Source of the DNA: Rickettsiales bacterium
Lineage (GTDB): Bacteria > Pseudomonadota > Alphaproteobacteria > Rickettsiales > UBA3002
Direction of reading: 5' to 3'
NCBI GenBank assembly: GCA_049314715.1
Contig: JBMOEL010000002.1
Span: 1 to 38,874 of the forward strand
DNA length: 38,874 nucleotides
Shown here: positions 29,618-38,257 of the stretch, piece after piece
Layout: each line of letters begins with the position of its first letter
Position numbering within the stretch: the first letter of the stretch is position 1
Notes under the pieces: model-generated
The model's input: the letters and a program-made list of their open reading frames with translations, nothing else
The model's database searches: none
What the model was told of the DNA's origin: nothing
Program-made: the position numbers and the translations under genes

Positions 29618-30421
29618 ATGGCTGAGTTTGCACTTCCAAAAAATTCCAAAATCAATAAGGACGGCAAGAAGTTCGCCGCGAAGGCTGGCGCGAAGAATGT
29701 GAAGAAATTCAATATCTACCGCTACGATCCTGAAGATAAAAATGAACAGGGCGAGGCGAAAAATCCGCGCCTTGATACGTATGAAATTGATATGGATGAG
29801 TGCGCACCCATGGTGCTGGATGCGCTCATCAAAATCAAAGACGAGGTGGACTCGACCGTGACCTTCCGCCGCTCCTGCCGCGAGGGGATTTGCGGGAGCT
29901 GCGCGATGAATATTGATGGTACAAACACCCTTGCCTGCCTCAAGCCAATTTGCGACGTGAAGGGCGACGTGAACATCTACCCACTGCCTCACATGAGCGT
30001 AGTGAAGGACCTCGTGCCTGATATGACACATTTTTATGCGCAATATGAGTCGATCAAACCATGGCTGATGACCGAATCCCGCGCGCCGCAAGGTAAAGAG
30101 CGCCTACAATCGCCTGAAGACCGCGCCAAGCTGGACGGGCTTTATGAGTGTATCTTATGCGCCTGCTGCTCGACCAGTTGCCCCAGCTATTGGTGGAATT
30201 CGGACCGTTATTTGGGCCCAGCCATTTTGCTGCATGCTTATCGTTGGATTATTGATTCGCGCGATGAAATGACCGGCGAACGTCTTGATAACCTTGAGGA
30301 TCCGTTCCGAGTCTATCGCTGCCATACCATCATGAACTGTGCGAAAACATGCCCAAAAGGCTTAAATCCGGCCAAAGCGATTGCGGAAATCAAGAAAATG
30401 CTACTGGCACGCAAAGTTTAG
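29618..30421 (+). CDS. sdhB: Succinate dehydrogenase iron-sulfur subunit
   Basis: [29 protein letters not shown]. Confidence 0.99.
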   Translation: MAEFALPKNSKINKDGKKFAAKAGAKNVKKFNIYRYDPEDKNEQGEAKNPRLDTYEIDMDECAPMVLDALIKIKDEVDSTVTFRRSCREGICGSCAMNIDGTNTLACLKPICDVKGDVNIYPLPHMSVVKDLVPDMTHFYAQYESIKPWLMTESRAPQGKERLQSPEDRAKLDGLYECILCACCSTSCPSYWWNSDRYLGPAILLHAYRWIIDSRDEMTGERLDNLEDPFRVYRCHTIMNCAKTCPKGLNPAKAIAEIKKMLLARKV

Positions 30422-30457
30422 TGCTATAGTTTCACGAATTATTATAGGAGTCTTCTC

Positions 30458-31210
30458 ATGCACAATGCGTCTCGTGGTTTCTCGCTGGTTGAACTTTCCA
30501 TCGTTCTCGTGATTCTAGGCCTGCTTACAGGCGGTATTTTGGCTGGCCAATCCCTTATTCGTGCAGCTGAGCTGCGCGCGGTTAGCACTGAACAACAGCG
30601 CTATACAGCAGCGATTGGAACGTTCCGCGACAAATACTTCGCGATTCCCGGTGATATGATTAACGCCACCAGCTTTGGTGCTGGCACGTGGATTGGTAAC
30701 GGCGACGGCGACGGAACAGTCGAAACCACGGGTACAGCAACTACCAATGAGATATCCTTATTTTGGGTACATTTAGCGGCAGCAGGATTGATTGAAGGAT
30801 CTTACACTAACGTTTCTGGTACCGCGATGACTGCGGGCACCAATAATCCACGCTCAAAACTCAGTAATTCGGGTTGGAATGTTGGGGGTATCGGAGCAAT
30901 TGCCACAACCCCTACCACGGACTACTTTGAAGGTTCTTACGGTAACGCCTTCTTATTTGGTGGTGGCACGAGTGCGACCTTACCTCTTGAAGCATTAAAG
31001 CCTGAAGAAGCTTGGAACATTGACACTAAAGCAGATGATGGTAAACCCGCCACCGGCGCCATCGTTACCTTAGAGCGTGATGCGCTTGCCGCTGCAAGCG
31101 CTGCTGGCTGCAGTAGCCCTGTTGCAGCAACAACGACTCTCGCTGCTTCTATCTATCAGCTTGACCAGACAGGCACGAACTGCTCGCTGGTGATTAAAAC
31201 GGGCTACTAG
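30458..31210 (+). CDS. Type IV pilin / pseudopilin-like protein
   Basis: Class III signal G|FSLVE plus hydrophobic helix; IPGD and PEEAWNIDTKADDG motifs; C-terminal Cys pair; AGGAG SD. Confidence 0.9.
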   Translation: MHNASRGFSLVELSIVLVILGLLTGGILAGQSLIRAAELRAVSTEQQRYTAAIGTFRDKYFAIPGDMINATSFGAGTWIGNGDGDGTVETTGTATTNEISLFWVHLAAAGLIEGSYTNVSGTAMTAGTNNPRSKLSNSGWNVGGIGAIATTPTTDYFEGSYGNAFLFGGGTSATLPLEALKPEEAWNIDTKADDGKPATGAIVTLERDALAAASAAGCSSPVAATTTLAASIYQLDQTGTNCSLVIKTGY

Positions 31211-31230
31211 TTCTACCTTAACACTTCATT

Positions 31231-31262
31231 AAAAAACCCCGCGACTTTCATCGCGGGGTTTT
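31231..31262. terminator. Bidirectional intrinsic terminator
   Basis: AAAACCCCGCGA-ctttca-TCGCGGGGTTTT between the convergent pilin and carD genes. Confidence 0.85.
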
Positions 31263-31285
31263 CGTTTTGCCATACGCTCTTATTA

Positions 31286-32044
31286 TTAAGCGGCTTGCTT
31301 GCGCAATACCTTCAGCAGCTTGTCATGTGCAGATTTTACATCCACACGCTCCGACGCAGCAACTTCACCCACCAAACGGTGCATGGCGGTCTCATAAATC
31401 ATACGCTCTGAATACGAACGTTCTGATTGGTCAACGTTCTTATGCAGGTCACGCACGACTTCCGCGATCTGAACCAGATTGCCAGAATTGATTTTTGCTT
31501 CATATTCCTGCGCACGACGGCTCCACATACCACGGGCGATTTTCGCACGGCCTTTAAGGGTCGTGATCGCACGTGAAATCTGGTCGTTTGGCGAAATCGA
31601 ACGGAGGCCCGCCGCTTCCGCGCGGTTCAATGGCACGCGCAGCGTCATCTTGTCTTTTTCGAAGTTGATGACGAATACTTTCAGTTCGTATTCACCGATC
31701 TTCTCGGCCTCGATGCCCATAATGCGGCCAACACCGTGCGTTGGGTACACCACGTACTCACCGACTGCGAAACCTTTTTTTGCTGCTGGAGCAGCCACTG
31801 CCACAGGCGCACTCATCACTGGCTTGGGAGCAACCACTGCCATTGGCTTTTTCACTTCTACTTTTTTGCTACCTGGTTTTACGGTCGACTTCACGGCCGC
31901 TTTCACATTCGCTTTTTTCACGAGTGTTTTCTTCGCTACGACTTTCTTAGCAGCTGCTTTCTTTGCCGCAGGCTTTTTCGCTACGGTTTTTTTCGCCGTT
32001 AATTTTTTGGACATTACTTTTTTTGATTTTGTCTTGGTCGCCAT
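31286..32044 (-). CDS. carD: CarD/CdnL transcription regulator with Lys/Ala-rich N-terminal extension
   Basis: VVYPTHGVG, WSRRAQEYEAKINSG, AEVVRDL, SYSER; ~90-aa AKK-rich leader. Confidence 0.95.
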   Translation of the reverse strand: MATKTKSKKVMSKKLTAKKTVAKKPAAKKAAAKKVVAKKTLVKKANVKAAVKSTVKPGSKKVEVKKPMAVVAPKPVMSAPVAVAAPAAKKGFAVGEYVVYPTHGVGRIMGIEAEKIGEYELKVFVINFEKDKMTLRVPLNRAEAAGLRSISPNDQISRAITTLKGRAKIARGMWSRRAQEYEAKINSGNLVQIAEVVRDLHKNVDQSERSYSERMIYETAMHRLVGEVAASERVDVKSAHDKLLKVLRKQAA

Positions 32045-32290
32045 GTTTTGTTACCCCTTTAGTGACAGAACGCTGCCTCGGTTACACAACTCAACTCACT
32101 ACAACATCCCTTGGACATCTGCCTCAGGCAGTTGCCTCAACACGTAATTAGTGTCTTGGGAATCCTCTCTCACTGAGGATGGCAGGGTTATAGCACAAAA
32201 TTTGGGCAAATAGAATGGTAAAAATTTAGTTAATTACCGAATAAATCTATTGCGAAAATTATTTCACTATAAAAATCAATTACTTAACTG

Positions 32291-32626
32291 TCAATCACCT
32301 GTGCCTGCTTCGGGGCTAAACAGGGTTTCGAACTTGTTTTCGACTGTTTTAAAGTCGTCTGCATCGGCTGGGGCGGGCTTCTTTTTGGTAATCACGGGCC
32401 ATTTCATCGCATATTCGCGGTTAATCTCGACCCACTTTATCAAATCCTCCGCTTCAGGCTTGATGGCCTCGACTGGACATTCAGGCTCGCACACGCCGCA
32501 ATCAATACATTCATCGGGGTGGATGACGAGCATGTTCTCGCCCTCGTAGAAACAATCCACGGGGCAGACTTCTACGCAGTCCATATACTTACAACGGACA
32601 CAGGCATCGGTAACAACGAAGGTCAT
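32291..32626 (-). CDS. fdxA: Ferredoxin FdxA (7Fe-type)
   Basis: [30 protein letters not shown]. Confidence 0.96.
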   Translation of the reverse strand: MTFVVTDACVRCKYMDCVEVCPVDCFYEGENMLVIHPDECIDCGVCEPECPVEAIKPEAEDLIKWVEINREYAMKWPVITKKKPAPADADDFKTVENKFETLFSPEAGTGD

Positions 32627-33357
32627 GCGCGCGATTTATGACTAATCTTAGAAATTTGCAAGCGTCGGATTTTTTGTTCGTTGAGTGCGGCACCTGTTCG
32701 CAGCAATAGAATCGCAAGTACAAGCAGGGTTGCGCCCACCAGCATGATGAGCAGTGGAATACGCATGCTTGGGTCAATCGCTGACGTACCATCAAAACGT
32801 AAAAGACCTGCGGGTTGGTGCAGCGTGTTCCACCATTCCACCGAGAATTTAATGATTGGAAGATTAATCGCGCCGACAATACAAAGCCACGCAGCGGCGA
32901 TTCGTCCCTTCTCGCTCTGCTGGCCAGCATTAGCAACGGCGAGATAGCCTGCGTAAAGAAAGAGTTGAATGAGCATGCTGGTCAAACGCGCATCCCACAC
33001 CCAATAGGCGCCCCACATGGGTTTACCCCAGAGCATTCCTGTTGCGAGCGTGATGGCAGTCAGCGTTAAACCAATGGCGGCTGCTTCGCGCGCAATGACA
33101 TTGGCCAGCGTATGGCGCCAAATCAGATAGCTAATCGACAGCGCGGCCATGATGCCATAAAGCGCTGATGCCAGCATCGCTGCAGGCACATGAATATACA
33201 TGATACGGACGCTGATGCCCTGCTGGTAATCGGGTGGTGCGACATGGAATACGAGATAGAGCGCATAGCTGATAAGCAACAGCGCCAGCACCGCTGCGAC
33301 AGGCAGCAGCACCTTACTCATGCGGGCAAAACGCGCTGGGTTGGCAAAACGATGCAT
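32623..33357 (-). CDS. ccmC: Heme exporter / cytochrome c biogenesis protein CcmC
   Basis: [30 protein letters not shown]. Confidence 0.96.
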   Translation of the reverse strand: MHRFANPARFARMSKVLLPVAAVLALLLISYALYLVFHVAPPDYQQGISVRIMYIHVPAAMLASALYGIMAALSISYLIWRHTLANVIAREAAAIGLTLTAITLATGMLWGKPMWGAYWVWDARLTSMLIQLFLYAGYLAVANAGQQSEKGRIAAAWLCIVGAINLPIIKFSVEWWNTLHQPAGLLRFDGTSAIDPSMRIPLLIMLVGATLLVLAILLLRTGAALNEQKIRRLQISKISHKSRA

Positions 33358-33431
33358 GAGGGCTATATGTCACCCAAACATTCAGGAATCAAGCATAACC
33401 AGTCGCTTGTTGGCCGTACTCAGGGCGCAGC

Positions 33432-33463
33432 GTCATAAATTCTTAACATTTCTGGGCTATACT
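33432..33463 (+). promoter_or_regulatory. Shared direct-repeat motif plus -10 box
   Basis: GTCA-TAAATTC-TTAAC, 10 nt, then TATACT; same spacing as at virB3. Confidence 0.6.
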
Positions 33464-33477
33464 GAGACTGAGGTATT

Positions 33478-34233
33478 ATGCCAACAAGACTGCAAAATAT
33501 TATCGGCCCTATCACAACTCATGAGCCAAATTCAACTCCAGTGGCCCAATCCACTATTGATGTTGTTACGCCAGTTATTAATTTCGCCACCTTAGGAGCA
33601 AACCAAACCATTACAAGCGCTGGCAATGGCGATATCCCAGGGTCCGCTGCAAATGGAGCAGCTACTGTCTATAATGGTGCAAACGCTGCAAATACTGTTC
33701 GCGCTTTTGGAGCTACTGGTACAATTGCTGCGGAAGGGTTTTCTTTTTCTGGACTGCTTGAATCCGCATTGAATCCATTGGGTTTAATAGCGTTTGGGTC
33801 GCTCGCATACTACAACATGGGCGCAAATGAACATTACAAGCACCAAGCTGGAATACAGCGTATCGATGAAGTGCTGGCACAACACCCTGAAGCAGTACGA
33901 TACATGGCTAGTCTTGTACCTGCATTGGACAGCAGTCATCATCTATCGGATCCTCGGCTCGATAGCATCGCCCATACGCGACATGCGTTATCACGTTACG
34001 GTGACAGCTATACGCACGAATGGTGGCCTCCACACATGGGTGAAGGCTATTATGCACCCATAGTTGAACAAGGCAGTCGTAGCCGTGATATGAATCATGC
34101 CATCGCACAGTACTTCTTGGATAATCCTGAAGATCTAGTAGTTGCAGAAGCTGAATTAGGGGCTGCTCAAGAAGCATCAAGGCTTGCAGCTTACCGCCCT
34201 AGAATTCCTGGCCAACCTTACGAAAGATTCTAG
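33478..34233 (+). CDS. Hypothetical protein (Ala/Gly/Asn-rich N-half, hydrophobic central segment)
   Basis: 251-aa ORF with GAGG SD and its own promoter; no family recognised. Confidence 0.75.
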   Translation: MPTRLQNIIGPITTHEPNSTPVAQSTIDVVTPVINFATLGANQTITSAGNGDIPGSAANGAATVYNGANAANTVRAFGATGTIAAEGFSFSGLLESALNPLGLIAFGSLAYYNMGANEHYKHQAGIQRIDEVLAQHPEAVRYMASLVPALDSSHHLSDPRLDSIAHTRHALSRYGDSYTHEWWPPHMGEGYYAPIVEQGSRSRDMNHAIAQYFLDNPEDLVVAEAELGAAQEASRLAAYRPRIPGQPYERF

Positions 34234-34274
34234 CCCCCATTGCGTCAGCGTTTTGCTTCGACTAGGCTGTGCGC

Positions 34275-35048
34275 ATGGAACATACCAAGAAACTTCTCAA
34301 TATCATGGCCAAGCTGCGTAACCCCAACGGTGGTTGCCCGTGGGACTTGGAACAGAACTTTAAAACCATCGCGCCTTACACGATTGAAGAAGCCTATGAG
34401 GTAGCGGATGCGATTGCGCGCGGCGATATGGATGGCCTCAAAGAAGAGCTGGGCGATTTGTTACTGCAAGTGGTATTTCATTCGCAAATGGCTGCCGAGG
34501 AAAATCTCTTCACCTTTGAAGATGTCGCGCAGATTATTGGCGAAAAAATGGAGCGCCGCCACCCGCATGTGTTTGGTGACGCCACCATCAAAGACGCCGA
34601 AGCGCAGACCGAGAATTGGGAAAATATCAAAGCCGAAGAACGGAAGCGAAAATCAGGCGATAGTATATTAGCGGATGTGCCCGCCGCCCTGCCCGCCCTC
34701 ATGCGCGCCGAGAAACTGCAAAAACGTGCCGCGCGCGTCGGCTTCGATTGGCCAGACACACGCGGTGTGCGCGATAAAATTTTAGAAGAGCTGAGCGAGT
34801 GTGATGAAGCCATTGCATCTGGCGATAAGGCACATATGCAAGAAGAAATTGGTGATTTGTTATTTGCCGTGACGAACCTTGCGCGCTTTCATGGCATCGA
34901 CCCCGAGGAGGCGCTGCGCCAGACCATTGCGAAATTCGTAAAACGTTTTCAATTCATCGAAGCCGCGCTGAAAACGCAGAATAAGAAATGGGAAGAGACT
35001 AACTTGGACGAAATGGAAGCACTTTGGCAAAAGGCGAAGACAGCTTAA
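34275..35048 (+). CDS. mazG: Nucleoside triphosphate pyrophosphohydrolase MazG
   Basis: GCPWD, EEAYEV, EELGDLLLQVVFH, RRHPHVF and a second domain with EEIGDLLF; alternative GTG start at 34269. Confidence 0.97.
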   Translation: MEHTKKLLNIMAKLRNPNGGCPWDLEQNFKTIAPYTIEEAYEVADAIARGDMDGLKEELGDLLLQVVFHSQMAAEENLFTFEDVAQIIGEKMERRHPHVFGDATIKDAEAQTENWENIKAEERKRKSGDSILADVPAALPALMRAEKLQKRAARVGFDWPDTRGVRDKILEELSECDEAIASGDKAHMQEEIGDLLFAVTNLARFHGIDPEEALRQTIAKFVKRFQFIEAALKTQNKKWEETNLDEMEALWQKAKTA

Positions 35049-35051
35049 ATT

Positions 35052-35067
35052 GTCATTAAACCTTCAA
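35052..35067 (+). promoter_or_regulatory. Shared direct-repeat motif GTCA-N7-TTCAA
   Basis: GTCATTAAACCTTCAA, then 22 nt, then TAAATT; the motif ends 34 nt before the ATG at 35102. Confidence 0.5.
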
Positions 35068-35101
35068 AATATGTCTTTTTTTTATGTGCTAAATTACAAG
35101 C

Positions 35102-35743
35102 ATGAGCCAGCCATTCCAATCCGTATTAGTGGGTATTTCCACCGCATTACCAGCATCAAGCTACGCGCAAGAGCAATTACAGCGTGCAGCAAATGCCGGT
35201 TTTAAATGGCCAAAAGCCGAGATGGTAGTTGGTAAAATCGAAGAAGAATTACGTGAAGTGCGTGAAGCAGAAGCCGAAGGTAACAAGGAGCATCTGGCAG
35301 AAGAAATCGGCGACCTGCTTCATGCCATCCATACCTTAATAGTATTCCATAAGGTGGATGCGCAGGAAGTTTTGTATATTGCCCAGGCTTTACCAACTCA
35401 AAATACGATGCCAACTCTTGAAGACAGGCTATCCCAATTACGTCCGTGGTTGACGGCCAATACTTCATCAAAAATGAACCGTTTGACAAATTTTCCTTCA
35501 TCAATGGTTCGTTCATCTATCGGTCTGCTACTGAAAGAAGTGCATGCATTCGCTGAGCAACATGGTATTGACCCTGAAGCTGCCTTGGAAAGCACAAATG
35601 CTAAATTCGCCTATCGTTTTACGCGAATGGAAGAACGTCTGAGCACAGAAGGCAGCACCATCGCTGATACAATTGCCAGTAAAGGCCTCAAACATTTGGT
35701 CGTGAATTATTGGAATACAGAAAAAGCTGGCACAGAACGTTAA
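35102..35743 (+). CDS. MazG C-terminal-domain-like paralog with internal insertion
   Basis: Aligns by eye to the C-half of adjacent MazG (LPA...LQRAANAGFKWP...KIEEELRE...EEIGDLL...GIDPEAAL...KFAYRF...W). Confidence 0.85.
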   Translation: MSQPFQSVLVGISTALPASSYAQEQLQRAANAGFKWPKAEMVVGKIEEELREVREAEAEGNKEHLAEEIGDLLHAIHTLIVFHKVDAQEVLYIAQALPTQNTMPTLEDRLSQLRPWLTANTSSKMNRLTNFPSSMVRSSIGLLLKEVHAFAEQHGIDPEAALESTNAKFAYRFTRMEERLSTEGSTIADTIASKGLKHLVVNYWNTEKAGTER

Positions 35744-35761
35744 TCACGTTAATCTGCTCCC

Positions 35762-36496
35762 ATGACAACCATTCTCATCACCGGCGCATCATCAGGCATT
35801 GGCAAGGCGTGTGCATTGGCGCTTAAGGGCAAAGGCGTGCATTTGATTTTGACTGGGCGGCGCGCCAAGGAATTGCAAAAAGTCGCAGCAAAATGCAAAC
35901 CCGCAAAAGTGACCACGCTAGTATTTGATATCCAAGACCAGAAGGCAACGATTGCCGCGCTCAAGAATCTGAAGGTTGATATTCTGATCAATAATGCGGG
36001 CTTGTCGCTCGACTTGTCGCCCGCGGATGAAACTAGTCTTGAGGATTGGAACACGATGGTGGACACGAACATCAAAGGGCTGATGACGGCAACGCGTGTC
36101 CTGCTGCCAGCTATGCGCAAACGCAAGCGCGGCCATATTATCAACATCAGTTCGATTGCGGGTTCCTATGCGTATTTTGGCTCAAATGTTTACGGTGCTA
36201 CCAAAGCATTTGTGACCTATTTCTCGCAAGCACTACGCGCTGATTTACTGGGTAGCCCGATTCGCGTGACGAACATTGAACCTGGTATGACTGAAACCGA
36301 ATTTTCTGAAGTACGCTTTAAGGGTGATAGCAAACGCGCCGAGGCGGTCTATAAAGGACTTACCCCACTATCTGCCGAAGACATCGCCGAAACCGTGCGC
36401 TGGGCCATCGCCCAGCCACCGCATGTAAATATCAACCGCATTGAGGTAATGCCCGTGATGCAAGCGCTGGGTGGACCGCAAGTGAGCAGGAAATAG
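35762..36496 (+). CDS. Short-chain dehydrogenase/reductase (YdfG-like)
   Basis: TGASSGIG, NNAG, YGATK, IEPGMTETEFSEVRF, PPHVNIN. Confidence 0.92.
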   Translation: MTTILITGASSGIGKACALALKGKGVHLILTGRRAKELQKVAAKCKPAKVTTLVFDIQDQKATIAALKNLKVDILINNAGLSLDLSPADETSLEDWNTMVDTNIKGLMTATRVLLPAMRKRKRGHIINISSIAGSYAYFGSNVYGATKAFVTYFSQALRADLLGSPIRVTNIEPGMTETEFSEVRFKGDSKRAEAVYKGLTPLSAEDIAETVRWAIAQPPHVNINRIEVMPVMQALGGPQVSRK

Positions 36497-36505
36497 GAGA
36501 GATTT

Positions 36506-37210
36506 ATGAAAATTGAATTATTATTTAGCGATCAAACAAATGATAACTATCCAGATGAGATGAATATCTTACTGAACTTTATAAAATCTTCCAACCTGTA
36601 TCCTATATTAGTGCATGGGGATATTGACCCAGAAACATCAGATGGCTTTCCTTTCGTAGGCAGCATTACGGAATACATTTCCGCATTAAAAAATGCTGGC
36701 TCTAAAAATGTTTATGTTTTTATAGAATTATTCGAAGAAACAAGCTTCTTGCTTAAAAATACTTTTTGCCCAGAAGAGTTCACCGCAGATGAAGAAGACT
36801 GTGTTGATTTAAGAAAAATGGATTCGAAGTTTAAAAATTTTGTAAATAAAATTGGTGAAGTATGCAGATTCAAACTTAGCTCATCTCTCGAAGACGTTAG
36901 TCTTGATTTTTATTACACAAAAGACTGGTGGTTTAATTATGTAGTATCAGTGACGGAGTGTGTTACAAAATTAGAAGAAGCTGAAATCGAGGCAGACGAA
37001 GAATCTGAAGAAATTCAGAGAAATCAATCAAGAGATATAATCAAAAAAATCTCGAAACTAGCTAATGAACCTCAATTCAATAAACTTCGCACTCAAAGAG
37101 CTATGATGGCTTATGTTTTAGAGAAAATACCTGAAACTTCGACTATACCCCAACAAATGCTAAAAATGGAAATTCAGAGAATTTTTGATAAAATAAAATA
37201 CGGAGTTTAA
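36506..37210 (+). CDS. Hypothetical acidic protein, very AT-rich
   Basis: 234-aa ORF with AGGAG SD; a hand-counted sample line (36541-36600) is 18/60 G+C. Confidence 0.75.
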   Translation: MKIELLFSDQTNDNYPDEMNILLNFIKSSNLYPILVHGDIDPETSDGFPFVGSITEYISALKNAGSKNVYVFIELFEETSFLLKNTFCPEEFTADEEDCVDLRKMDSKFKNFVNKIGEVCRFKLSSSLEDVSLDFYYTKDWWFNYVVSVTECVTKLEEAEIEADEESEEIQRNQSRDIIKKISKLANEPQFNKLRTQRAMMAYVLEKIPETSTIPQQMLKMEIQRIFDKIKYGV

Positions 37211-38160
37211 CGAATCGGGACCGATTTGGGTTTGCCGTAGGGGTTCGCCTTCGTATCGGGATTGGATTGCTCGGTAATAATATCCAAATTATTCCACGCA
37301 CGCTCGTAATAGGTTGGGCTGTTCGAAAGCGCCATGTTCAGATAGGTTTTCGCCAGCTCATCATTTTTCGCCAAATGCGCGTATAGACCCAAATTATTAT
37401 CGAGCGTTGCGCCAGTTAAGTGTTTTTCTGCCATGGCGCGGGCGGAATCCAAATCGCCGCTGATGCCATATACCAGCGCTAAATTAAGCTCTATCTGCTT
37501 TTTGCGCTCATCATTTGCGCTCATTTTTGCGGCTTGCTGCAACGTCTCAATGGCGCGCGGATAGTTACGGTCAATCGCGCGCGCAAGGCCAACATTGTTC
37601 AAAATCGCTGGATTGTCCGCGCTCACGCGCAACCCTTCAGTGAAGTATTCCACGGCTTCGGGAATCATATTTTTGGTGACGAATAAAATCCCCAGCGCGT
37701 TCAGCGTGCGCCAGCGCTTACCGTCTTTGTCGAGGACTTTGGAAAGCGTGCGCCCAGCATCCGCCGACCTGCCCAGCGCCATTTCTGAAAGTCCCTTGCC
37801 CTCGAGCGCGTCGATATTATTCGCGTCGGCTTTCAACACGGTATCAAATGCTTTGAGCGCTTTTTCATATTGGCCAGTGCGGCGAAGCATATCGCCCATC
37901 ATGGCACGATAGCGCAGCTTATCTTTGGCGGGGGGCGCTTTTGAGTCAATCATCTGCTCATAAAATGCACTGGCGCGCGCAAAATCACCTTTTTGTATAG
38001 CCGTCTCTGCCTGTTTTTCTAGGGTGGATTGCACGGTTGGCACGTCGGGCTGGCCGAGTTTTGAAAAGGTTTTATCAGGGTTCGCCCATTGCTCGGCGAT
38101 GCTACCTTTTTCACAGGCAGTCAGCAGTAGCGGAATAAGTATGAGGGGCAGTATTTTCAT
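37207..38160 (-). CDS. TPR-repeat lipoprotein (TadD-like)
   Basis: Lipobox LLTAC; TPR helices with WRTLNALG, LNNVGL, NLALVYG, NNLG. Confidence 0.85.
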   Translation of the reverse strand: MKILPLILIPLLLTACEKGSIAEQWANPDKTFSKLGQPDVPTVQSTLEKQAETAIQKGDFARASAFYEQMIDSKAPPAKDKLRYRAMMGDMLRRTGQYEKALKAFDTVLKADANNIDALEGKGLSEMALGRSADAGRTLSKVLDKDGKRWRTLNALGILFVTKNMIPEAVEYFTEGLRVSADNPAILNNVGLARAIDRNYPRAIETLQQAAKMSANDERKKQIELNLALVYGISGDLDSARAMAEKHLTGATLDNNLGLYAHLAKNDELAKTYLNMALSNSPTYYERAWNNLDIITEQSNPDTKANPYGKPKSVPIR

Positions 38161-38257
38161 GGAAACGATGAGTTAGCACAGCTTGGAAAAAGAATAAAGC
38201 AACTCTATTGTGCTTTTTTGCTGGCCTTTTGCGCCTGTTTCGCTATCAGTTGCGCTC

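Noticed and set aside
31479-32147. Long antisense ORFs (e.g. 31479-32147, 19119-19871, 10958-11593, 6633-7271, 24723-25337)
   Set aside because: Shadow frames of well-supported genes on the opposite strand.
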